A stretch of DNA of 55,397 bases, from NCBI GenBank assembly GCA_000320545.1, contig ADNK01000399.1:1-55397 (forward strand), written 5' to 3'. The notes under the pieces were generated by a model. It ran no database searches and was not told the DNA's origin. It saw only the letters and a program-made list of their open reading frames with translations. The first letter of the stretch is position 1; every line of letters starts with the position of its first letter. The position numbers were made by a program, and so were the translations under genes. Positions 14,477 through 26,188 of the stretch are shown here, piece after piece. This stretch comes from Bigelowiella natans CCMP2755 (lineage: Eukaryota > Protista > Cercozoa).

Positions 14477-15334
14477 TTATATAACTTATTGGATTGTATG
14501 TACGTGCTGTTGTGTGTTGATATGTTATTCTGCAACAACCGATGTGTGTTTTTAGATGTGCAGTAGCGGCTGCTGTTCTAAAGCTCGTCCACGGAGGGGT
14601 AATAATAGCTTTGCTGCGCGCTCCTGAAGACGCGTCTAATCATTGCTTCGTGTCCCTAACACAAAACTTACTGCTTGATTTCTTTTGAACCGACCTGCTT
14701 TCCATGATGGGCTTTTCGCAGTGGAACGGCGTAATATCAATGAATGTGAAGGCGCATCGTGGCCCGGCCGTCCCTCTATTTCTGCAGGTAACCTACCGCC
14801 TCGGCGTTGGCGCTATCGAAATTGCATTTTAGCTCGGAAAACGTGGGAGGAAGGGGGGGGGGGGGGTTAGGGTTGGAAGTTAAGCGAGGGTTTGCAACAT
14901 GGCCAACATCTATCTCTATACAGGGCGAAGAAACGTTTTTAAGTCAGTATCAGGACGCGCAGCGAGAAAGAAAGGCCGGTGATTCGAAGGCAACAGCTGT
15001 GGAGAACACCGAGGACTCTAAGAACTCACAAGGAGGCCTGCTAGAGCTGTTGAAGGGGAAGTTGTCTCTATGGCCAAAGCCGTCATCACGAGAGAAAAAT
15101 GGCGACGATATTCCCGAGAATGCTCACAAAGAGGAACAGCAGCTACAAGGTGGTAGCCTTATGATAAACGAGCAGATTCAGATCCCGGATTCTAGCAAAC
15201 TGCAAAAACAGCAGCACGGGAAGGAGCATGCTTTAACTCAGGGTCTTGCTGAATTCCGTGCAGATAACGGTGCGACTCATGACGAGACGAAATTCGCCCT
15301 GGTAGATCAAGTTGCAGCGACAGCAGTGGCGTAG
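9644..15334 (+). CDS. RSL1D1: Ribosomal L1 domain-containing protein (RSL1D1/Cic1/Utp30-like) with an inserted PDZ domain and an N-terminal signal peptide; about 20 small exons
   Basis: Spliced exons give L1-domain motifs VFVQIGLKIM, PLRIRLPHSIW...MCVIT, VRRVLSIERLRIAYKTFHLRRELLGQYDMFLTDKK, LMGAKFIRKNRLPIPI, GDCLTVRVGDTNMSGKELAENI, WNGVISMNVKAHRGPAVPLF. Junctions are GT-AG and phase-compatible. Last exon is 14924-15334. Confidence 0.8.
11600..12485 (+). other. PDZ domain encoded by four exons (11600-11642, 11781-11826, 12056-12122, 12410-12485)
   Basis: Spliced peptide VVDVPGYVGKLGISFANRTIVSVKKGRVGDRIGLREGDVISHIDNKRTKTQDECVAKLARVKGENRPYKIVVRR. It has the KLGISF carboxylate-binding loop, GLxxGDxIxxI and the terminal helix-strand of PDZ domains. 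Confidence 0.8.
12847..12933. repeat. Compound microsatellite (TA)n(TG)n(AG)n, intronic
   Basis: Directly visible in an intron of the L1/PDZ gene. Confidence 0.95.
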
Positions 15335-15499
15335 CACATATCCCAGTAATGAGCCAAACAGTGCTCTTAGATTGATACGCACTCAGCACAAAAATAGTAT
15401 CGCCACCTCCCATAAGCAGAAAGAACATGTTTGGCAGTGCATGCAAGATCGTCATGTTCATTCTTACGAGGTTCGTCCGTCATCTTGCAACGACTGACT

Positions 15500-16250
15500 G
15501 GTTTAACACTGCACGCGTTTCGATGTCACGTTGTTCATGCATGGTTTGGGAGCAGATCTTGATCATTCAGACACCGTGTACATGATGCACAAATTGAACA
15601 TATGCACACATCAATTTTGTTGCACATGCCATCATTGCTGCTTGTTGTTTTGCTAATCATCGGATGAGTGCAATGCCTGTGGCTTCTCTGCCACTGTGAC
15701 ACGCGCTTGGGCCAACACATGCGTGCCAAAACTTCATTGGCTACGAGTCTAGAAATGGCTAGTTTTCAGAAGCAGGTTGGTGCATGTTTCGCATGCTCAC
15801 ATACTAGCATGCTGGCATGGCAATCAGTGATGATTTGGCTGCAACGATGCTAGCTACTAGAGCTAGCTAGCTAGCGATGGGCAAATCATCATTGTGGCTG
15901 CGATGTCGATTGCAATTGAACATCAAGAAGGGACAGAGCACCAACCAGTTGAAAATGCATGCATCACCATGTCTCATCATATCTGCGTCAAGTGCGCCCC
16001 TCTAGCCCTGTCTAGCTAGCTAGCTGTCTGGCTGCCCAGTGTGACACTGGCTGTGGCCTGACTTGTCCACAAATCCCTCTCAACTTGCATGGACTTGAGA
16101 TCGCATCTGAAACTCTAGTTTAAAAAAACAAGGAAAAACGGGGATCGAGGGCATGCCTGACACGTCAGACATGCAGGAGCGGGGCCAGGCCAGCAGGACT
16201 AGAGTGTGGGGCTACGATGGCGACGGGCGCGATCAACACTAGCTAGCTAG
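15500..16250. other. Palindrome-rich intergenic island B
   Basis: (CTAG)n at ~15865, ~16012 and ~16239. One-mismatch 12-mers at 15800 and 15808. Lies 3' of the gene ending at 15334. Confidence 0.8.
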
Positions 16251-16728
16251 AACGGCAATTGTCTCCACTCCCCACGAAGACGGAGAAGGCGACACAACGA
16301 AAGAGAAGAATCAATGCAATGTGGCCCCTACGGTTTCTCAATGTGGATCCTGTCTGGGTTTCTGTTGCATGCCTGCTTCCTCCGAAGGGGCAGAGCTCTG
16401 CCCATCTCTTCTCCTCCCTCGCAACCTCTCTCCTGGAATCTTGGAAATCGCGCGTGGCCGGAAAAAATCGCAACACAGCGGTCTTCCAGGTAATCAGCTC
16501 TTTCGCTAGGAAATGTAGGGCATTTTTGCAAGAACTATTGAGAATTACGGGCGTTCTCCTGTTCAAGAATCTCTTCTTTCTGTATTCGGAAATTCCGTTG
16601 TCGCAATTACGTGATTGGGATGCGTTTACCAAGGAATTATGGGCATTTGAAAGAAAGAGTCGCGAAAACCCCTCCCCTCCTGCGTCCCTCTCGCGCCTTA
16701 TCTCCGCCCACTCTTTTTTGGCCCCTCC

Positions 16729-17780
16729 ATGAAAATCGACACCAAGCTTCTTCAGAAGCATGATGTCAAATCATCATCTTCGCGGGTGGAGGAAGAGGTT
16801 GGTTCCAGCAGGGCATGCGCCGTCTATTTTCTTTTTGCCTGCTGCAGTGCATCCACCGAGAGAATTTTTTCAGCGAAAGCCTATGGAAATTTCTTTTGTG
16901 TGCGGGCTCGGAGCGGAGTTTCTTCCTAAGTTGCCTTGATCCATTTTAGTTCGTCTAGGATTCTTCCACAGTGTACATTCGGATGTTGCAAACGAGCGGG
17001 CCATCATCTGCCTCGCGTAGCAGCTGTCAATTGTAATCACGTTGTGATAACATGTTCCGATCTATAGGATGGGGTCGTGGAACTTCGGCGGAGATTGCAA
17101 GGGAAGAAGGGCACAACGTTAGGAAGAGTGCTTCGTGATCAGGATAGTTGGTCATGGGGCAAGGTAGTCGTTCATACCTTACGAAGATTTTTGCAGCAGC
17201 ACATGATATTTCTTCCTTCTCTGCAGGCTGATTTGACAAAGTGGGTGGAAATTATGGATGAATTTGATTCCCTTCTCGAAAAGGCTTGCAAAGGCAAGCT
17301 TGGGGATGATTTAACTATAGAAATACTGAGATTCACAGAGCTGCTCCTGAAAAACTGTTTCGACGCCCGTCTGTATAATTCCCATGAGGTATCAATCTTT
17401 TACTCTTTCGTAAATGTGAATATCTTCCATTGAAATGACGAATGCCCCATCATTGATTGCAGCGCTTACTTGGCCTGCTGGATAATGACAACCCTATGGT
17501 TGTAGCAGAAGTCCTCGCGGTCTTTGATACCATGGTAGCGCAAAACCACTACTAATTCGTTGCTAGTTCACACTTTTATCTTTATCTTTTTAACACACAA
17601 CATTAATGGCTGGACTTTGATCGGATATCGTTAGTTTAAGCACACTGGGTGTAGAAGTAATTCTCTGCTGGATCACGACGTATATAAAGCAAAGATATTC
17701 TCGTTAGCAACGGGGTTTTGTGTTCCGCACAGCACCAGCTCCTTGAGAGAGATTTGCACAAGCGGTGTCTCATCAGAAGA

Positions 17781-17838
<58 letters not shown>

Positions 17839-20800
17839 CCCGATTTTGTGGAAGAGTCTTAACCAAGCACTTCAATATAAACAGTGTGAACGAATGCGCA
17901 AAGAGTTAAAATTCACGTATCCGGGTGAAGGAGACCAGAAAGGTCAAGGACAACGATTTGTCGCGTAGATAGACTCAGGTCACTGACATTGGATTTGTTT
18001 TCACTATTACAGAGTGTGTCATAGATCTAGCGCAAATCGCAGGGACCGGGAAAACAACACTTAGGAAAAATGGAAAACTAGCGAAAAAGTACCAAAATGT
18101 CCCGGATAGGTACTTTGGCACACCATTGATTGATTGAGCCCCCCCCCCGATAATACATGCATCTAATTCTATCTAATCTTAGATACAAATACTCCCTCAA
18201 GCATCATCTCAATTTCGCGAGGGCTTTCTCGGACGAAATTGTGAGAACTAAGTACGTCATGATCAAACTAATGGCGATACGGCTGGCCATGTGCTTTTCG
18301 TGGAGCAGAAATGAGGTGAATATATAACAAGAGGCTGAGACATCCACGGTGTTGCGAAGTAAACAGCTAACAAATTTGTGGTTGTTGTTATTCCTTTTCT
18401 CCAGTGGGTACAAAAGTACTTCAAATCCAACCCGCACTTGACGGAGATGCTTCTGGACCTTCTTCAAAATAGTCACCTCATACCACTAGATGTGACCGTT
18501 CTTACCGTGCATTGCTTGAAAAGCTTGACTCAGGTCTTAGTGATATATTATATCTCGATTTTATCCCATATTCAAAAAATTGATGTCTTTTCAGGTACCT
18601 TACGTCGAGACTCGGATGAGAGACCTTCGGGTCTTGACGGACGGTGTAATCCCGTCCTTGCTTCTTCAGTGTATCACGCGGCTGAAAACCAACCCCGATA
18701 GCGCCCCTGACTTACTGCTCACCGGCGCCCTACTTTCCTTCATACAGAAAATTAGTTCTGAGAATATTTTGCTGGCCTACAATCGGACACTTCGTCCAGC
18801 AGATATAATGGATTGGATGGTCTCGCTAATCTCCAACCTCGCGATCAAAAACGCGATGGTTTTGATGAGGGCGCTGAGAATCATAGAGAAGCTCATCGCT
18901 CCGAGTCGAGACCTTGTCTCGATCGGTGGTGTCCATCATTCTGTATCTCGGTCTCGGTTCCACCAAGCGAATGGGTTTGATATTTGTCTGAAGCGGTTGC
19001 AGCAGATATACGTGAATAGTCCTGGGAAGAGGGAAGGGCTTACTTACATCCGAAAACGTACAAAGACGATGGCTACCGGATGCGCGGGGCACTTGCTTGG
19101 AAAATGCGTCAAAGCTTTCCTGAGAGTGGCTTCGATATCTGTGAGACAGAGTAGGCGTCCAATCAGATCAGATCTCCTTAAGGAGGGAGAGTTTTCGAAC
19201 ATCATCATCACGTTGTGGAGGATGTCGCAAGGTTCGGCGAAAGGTGCTTGTGGAGACAATATGGAGAGCAAGGAGTCTGAGAATAAATCCTCCGCTGATA
19301 TGAAGGGCCCCCCTCTTCTAAAGAAGAGGAGGAAGACTGAAGCATCGTCCAGCAGCAGCCTGGCATCAGAGGCGTCTTCGTCCATGCAAGTGAGCACGGA
19401 TCCGAAGCGAAGAAGCGCCAAGGAGTTGCTAGGAGACAAGATCTTTGCTCTGTCCTGCGCGCTTCTGTGTAATGTGATCCAGAACCGACCGGCGTGCACG
19501 AAGACCCTGCACGCGAATGGGGTCACCAAGGTTTTCCTTCAGACCTTGCACCCCGGCATGTTCCAGACAGAGGCGGTGATAAAGACTGTGCCCGAGACGA
19601 TCCGCTCTCTCTGCTTTAGCTCCGACGCGTTGAAGACGTTGATGATGGGCCCTCGGCCCCTTGAGTATTTGTTCAACCTGGTGTCTTCTCACAGGTCGCA
19701 TCACCTCGACATCCTGACGATCCCTGCACTTCACTTTCTGGCAAAGTCTCTGGAAGAGCTCATAAAGCACTTCCCAGCCTTTGTCACCCCGGCCATGAAT
19801 TGCTGCAAGAAGATGCTGATGGACCTGGCAGAGAACTACGGCTGTGATAGCAACGTGCCCATGGAAAACTACCGGCGATGTATCGTGAACGTTGCCTTCT
19901 TCCTGACCGGTAACGATGGACGACTAGCGCAAGTTTTAGGGAAAAAAGTCGTGATGGGCGTCCTTCCCGACGTCGTTCAGGCCCTCTACGAGAAGGAGGC
20001 GGCAAAGTCTAGCATGAAGGACATCTGCTTCAAACTGTGTGAGCCGATGGTAAGGATAACAAATCAGGAGCCGACGAAGATGGCCGGGTATCTGCTCGAA
20101 AGGTGTATCAAGCGATTAGACGCAGTGATACAATCGGATTCCTACAAAACCCAAAAGTTTCTCACTTGGCGCGAGGATGAAGTTGCTCTCGTCAAGGAGG
20201 TGCAGCAGCTTACCCACATCCACTGGTATATGTCCGTCTTGCTGAGACTATCGAGGAAATCCGTGGGTGCCATGCTCAAGCACAACTCCTTCAAGATCTT
20301 TGTAGAAAAGGTCTCCCGAGTGGTGTGTCTGTGTAAATGGAATTTTACTTCCGCAATGGCGGAGAACCCGGAGCTGATGAAGAAACGCGGAGCGCAGACA
20401 ACAAACGAGTCGCGTGCGGCCAATCAGCAGGAGACGGCTTCGAACGGCGGGAAGCAGCAGAATTCTAAGAGTAGTAGCAGCAGCAGCAGCAGTAGTAGTA
20501 ATAGTAGTAGTAGCTCCTCGTCAGGTGGTTCAAAAGAGGTCTTGAACAAACAGGCTGATGATGCGTCGAGCGACCCGACAAAGAAGAGCGGAAATGCTAC
20601 TAAGGATTCCAAGAAAAGGGCCGAATTTCTCGAGAAATATCGAGACCCGTACTGCGGGGCCACGAAGAATGTGTTCTTGATGGCTGGCAAGCTGATCAGA
20701 TTTCTCACAAAGTTCGCAAAATCATCCAACGGAAGTGATTACGTCGACCTCATCGAGCACATTATCATGATGTATCTCGAATTCAAGCCCGCCGCCGAGC

Positions 20801-23800
20801 TGAAGGGGTGGACCTCCCTCTTTCATTTCTCAAAGGCCAGCATCAAGCTCTGCTCCTCCATGCTGCTCTCCGGCTCTTCGTACGAGTTTAGCACGGGGGT
20901 ATTCAAAGCTTTCAGTCAGAAAGGGGGAACGGCCAGCGTGATGAAGATCTTCAAATGGCTGCTTGATATGCCAGCCAAACCGGGACAGGATGCAGCACGT
21001 GCGAGCCATTTCTTGGAAAATCCCTGGGGAATTGATACTAAGCTGCTCCCATCCCCCAGGGCACTGAACGCAGCCCAAGCCTTGATTGGGGAGATCGGGA
21101 AGTTCATCTCGTCGCTCTCCTCCCACGTGCCCAAGAGCGTGATTTGCGTCGAATTCGTTACGCACGGGCTGAAGACCAAGGCCGCCGTGCATGGAGTCCA
21201 GTTCTGCACTTCCGTTGTGACTACGGCCCGCAGGCTGCTCGACAACAGAGAGAACGTGTCGGGAAAGAAGAAACTCAAGGAGGAGGACCTCATCAAGTTG
21301 GTGAGCATGGGATTTCGAAAGTCCCTGGCCATCCACGCGCTCCGGAAGAATCGATACAATCTTCAGTTCGCGATGGAATGGCTCCTCAACAACCCCGATG
21401 ATCCGCTCGATGCCGACGCGGAGGTTGATGACGTTGATTTTCAAAAGTCCCTGGCGATGCTGGACTCGAAGGAGTTCCTCCGCTCTTTGCTGCTCTCCTT
21501 GCGAGCGTTGTCCAAAGCAAATGCCGCTTCGAAGGCAATGGATAAGTACATATCTTCTGTGGCGAGTCTCCTCATCGCGATGTGCACGTTAGATGATAAA
21601 AATGATACGGCGAGTGAGAGCTCAAAAAATCATTCCGTGGACGAAAAGGTCCCCAGCAACAGCAGTAGTTGCAGCCGCAGCAGCAGCACAGTGCTAAAGG
21701 GACTCAGCGAATGTGCTCCGAAGGAGACCAAAGGTGCGGTTTCAAATGCCAATACTCCCAGTGGCGAGGAATCGAAGCAGGAATCGTCGTCTCATAATAA
21801 ATGGAGGCGAGACGGGGTTGTTAAGGACATCATAGACATAATAAAGACCCTTTCGTTCGAAGCCCCGACGAAGGGCCCGAAAACACCGAGTGGGAAGCAC
21901 GCGAAGACTAAAGCAAATACGACAAGCCGGACGCCCAGAGGAGGCGGCAGCAGCAGGTCAAAAGCAGCCAAGGCGCGCTATGTGAGGCAAGGCACCCCCC
22001 AGGAGATGTATATTTTCTTCTACTTGCTCGCAATACTGGTCGAGCAGGACGAGATGTGCCGTAAGATCGCCGTGAAGAACAACGCTCTTCCCATCCTTCT
22101 GTCGCAAGCGAGGCGCATCGCTGATTTCTTACATGCCACTACCACCACGGTCTCGAGCTTGAATTCTCTAATCTCTTCTTCTTCTTCTTCTTCTTCTTCT
22201 TCTTCTCTTTCTTCTTCTTCCGGCGCCACGCGCAAGCGAAAGGGGTCCACCATTACGGAGAATGAAAATCGGAAGAAATTGTCAAAGAACGATGCCAGGT
22301 CTGGAAAATTACAGCGTGGTCAGTCTGGGCCTGCTACTTCTTCCGCGGAAAAGAACAATTCCAAAGGTATTTTGCCAACAACAGCCGTAAGATTTATTGG
22401 AGAAACAAGGGCTACGACACCCAGAGGTGGTGCTTAGGAGGGGGGGTGAGGTTGAAATGATGATGATGCGGCAAACAATGGCGCTTGCTAATCCTTTTCG
22501 CATTCTTTTTCATTCCTCAGCAAACCCGGAGGTAGAGTTCGGAGAAGCATCGTTGAGTATCGTTCTGTGCATCTTCAACTTGTTTCTGGACAAAAGTCTT
22601 GGGAACGTTCGCAATAGTACCACCACCACTACCACCACCACCTCCACCAAAACAACTCAACCCCCTGCAGCAGCATCGGTTGCAGACGCAAATCAGGTTG
22701 TTCTCTCCAAAAAGGAGGCGAAAGCTGCTGTCTCAACTGCGGCCACGAAGCATGCGGAGGACGCGGATCGTAAGGATGGAACCAATGATGACGAAGCGAA
22801 CTCGAAGCTTCTCTCCATGTCCGACATCGACACGATGCTTGCGTTCAGCGTGTCGCTACTCAACATACCGCTCGTTGGCCCTTTGCTCCCGCTGATGGAA
22901 ATCCTCTCGAAGCTGACAAAGTCATGGCGAAACGCGGTCTACTTCGTGAAGAAAGGAGGGCTGCGCCAATTGCTCAACATCAAAAGCATGCCGGGCATCG
23001 AGGCCGGCCTTGTGCTGACGTGCCAGACGATTCTACGGCACGCCGTAGAACACCCAGCGGTCCTGCAGCAGAGCATGCAGAGGGAGATATTCGTCTATGT
23101 TGCGGAGCACTCCAAGCAGCAAGGCAGCAGCCGCAGCAGTAGCAGCAAGAGGGAATTGAATCTCCACGAGCTCGTTACGAGGCTGGGAACCATTGTGAGT
23201 CGTGACCCGCCGATCTTCCTCAAGGCTCTCCGCTCGATTTGCAGGTTTGACGCGCATGAGGACAACAAGGCGGTGACGGTCAGCTTGAAGACGCAGAAGC
23301 TCAAGTTCGACTACGAGCTCGAGAAGAAAGACGAGGCGTTCATATCACGATATCTGAACTCATTTATGCACAGCGTGATGATGGATTACATGAACGACAC
23401 GACGACGAAAGCTGAGGACGACGTTAAAGGGGAAGAAGGGGGGGGTGTGATCATTCCAGCAGCAGTAGCAGCGGCAACAACAAAAAAGGCGTCGTCTTCT
23501 TCGGAGTCAAAGACGAGGAAGAAAGCTACAGCCGCGAAGAAGAGCGGGGAGGATGATACCAAAGAGGATGGGAAAAGCAGCCCGCCATCAACAGAATCGA
23601 AGGGCGAGCGCGGGCTTGGGTACAAACCACTGCTACGAGGAAAGTCGATGTTTGATTTCCTGCGAAACCTCGTCGAGACGCATCACCCCATCTCCAACAA
23701 CATCGTGAAATTTCAGTACGAATCCGCCACGAAGAGCAGCAAGAGGGAAGCGAAGACGAAGAGCTTCGTTTCATACGCCGTGGGAACGATGTTCGAAGGG

Positions 23801-26151
23801 TGCTCCAGCACGCTCCTCACAACGCTTTGCTGCCGGAACCCCAGCAAGGCTGCCCCCATCGTCATCAACGCCATGGTAGAGTGGATTCGGTTCGCTCTTG
23901 CAGAGCCGAACAAGCCCCCCCCCGACTTAGCGATTGACAACTTACTGTTTCTCCTGGGCCTCTTCAAGAATCTTCTCCATCGCTCCTCCCTCCGAAGGAA
24001 GTTTGTGACCCTGATGGTCAAATCTAGGCTTCTGGATGTGTTAGCGATATTGATGAACTGGATGACGGATCACGGTAGTGGTAGCAGCAGCAGCAGCAGT
24101 AGTAGCAGGAGGAGGAGTAGTAAATCGGTAGGATCCAGTATGTTGAGGGCGTACTTCCAAATCTTGGATACGATTCTTCGAGAAGACGAGAGGAAACCTT
24201 TGAAACTTGACGACACGCCGGATCCTGAGGCGGCCGAGTACATCACCGCCGAGGAGCGTTATGGATCGGAAAGAAGCTCGTCGTCATCGTTGAACCCGTT
24301 TGCTCGGATGTTTTCCAGCGGCCCACGGTATCTCATCGAGGCTATCCGAAGGCGCGCTGTGATCCGCCGGCCGGGAGAGATGCAGCTCGTCTTGCAGAAC
24401 GCCCTAGTTGACGGCCCCTTGATCATCCTCCAGAACCAATTTGGGGGTGCGGATGAGCATGGACATCCCAACCTCGAGGAGGAGGAGGAGGAGGAGGAGG
24501 AGGAGGAGGATCACGAGTTGATGGGAGACGACGCGAACATGTTGATGAATGATGAAATGGACCACGAGCATGGGGAAGACGGACTGTGGGGCGACCAGTC
24601 CGATCTTGAGGATCACGACGACGAACTTGCGGAGGATGACTTCGGTGAAGAGGACGAGGATGATGATGATGATGGCCCGGAAGACATGGAAGACGATATG
24701 TCTGAAGTTCGCGTTGAGGACGATGAGGACATTGCGAGCGAGACTGTGGAGGAGCGGTGGAGGAGAGAGGAGGCCGAAGAAGATGCTGCAGCGGTAGGAG
24801 CGATTGATATTAGGATTATGAGCGATGACGGTATCGAGGGGGAGGAGGACGAGGATGATGATGAGGACAATAATGGGAACGACGGGGACGACGACATCAA
24901 TGAAGACGAAGCCCAGCAGATCCTATTGGCGGAAGAAGAGTCTAAGCTTACAGAGGAGGGGCAAAATGACGATGAGCAGGAGGAAGATGAGGTCGATAAT
25001 TCTCCTCAAGATTTGCTGGAGGACATTGATGAAATCGTTGGGGACGACGACGATGATGATGATGAGGATGGAAATCCTTTCAATTCAGATTTCCTCCGAG
25101 AAGGTGGCCAGCCACTTCAATACGATGATGGAGAGGCAGACCAGGCAGCATCATCCGCGACAAGAATCCCACAACACTTCTATCGGATCTTCGAGCACAA
25201 GTATGACATGTACGAGTCCAAGATTCAGAGCGGCCCTGCGATGCGATGGTACGAGTTTGGGGAAGCCTCTCATGGACGAAATATGGAGCTTAGAAAGCTG
25301 ATCAAGAGAATTGTTTCTGAGGTGAGGGAGGAGACCCAAAAAAAACGACAGAGAGAGAAATCGAAGGAGAAGAAATCAACTGATGGTGATTCCAAGGGCA
25401 AAGAGAAAGGAAACGCACCGACGGCGATGAGCGGCAATAGCAGTGCTGCTGCGAGTCAAGTCACTACGGCTCAATCAGAATCTTCGGACAGCAAAAAGGC
25501 TGCCGCTGCCGCCGCAGAGAGAAAGGAAAATGGAGAGGAAGGCAAAGGAGGAGGAGTTGCGGAGATGGTTGTCGAGACAACTCAAACTGCTACTAACGCA
25601 GCTGCTCAGCCAATGCCCTCGGGTAAGATACGAGTTTCCCCCCCTTTTCTATGCTAATATTGTGACGACATCTTCGGCACCAGAAAGTGATTAAATTATG
25701 CTAGCAGCATCGATATGCTTGTAGTATCTCAATACTCTGTTAATAGCTACCCCCACCCCCCCTTCTTTTGCCCTGATGAACCGGATCATTTTGGCTTCTT
25801 TTATTGTATGTAGTAGGGTCTGGTGCGGCAAGTGCTACCGGCTCTGGAGGGGGGGCTTCAGAGCAGGCAGCAGCAAGTTTGCGTGCCTCTTTGAACGCAA
25901 ATACTTCCCCCGCACCGGGATCATCAGCTCATCTTTCGTCATTGTCGTCGTCGTCGTCACAGTCTGCCCCCATTACGACGACGTCAGGTGGTGGCCCAGC
26001 TGGGTCCGCAGCAATTCCGGCATTCGAAACACCGACACCAGCTTCCTCAACATCAACGATTGATCCATTCTTCTTGGCTGCGCTTCCCCCTGAGCTCCAG
26101 GCGGAGATCCTTTCCACTCAAAGCCAAAGAATGAGGCGCTTTCAAGCGGAT

Positions 26152-26188
<37 letters not shown>

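Noticed and set aside
16243-16761. Overlapping 157-172 aa ORFs on both strands upstream of the HECT gene
   Set aside because: No motifs; the region is the likely promoter/5' UTR before ATG 16729.
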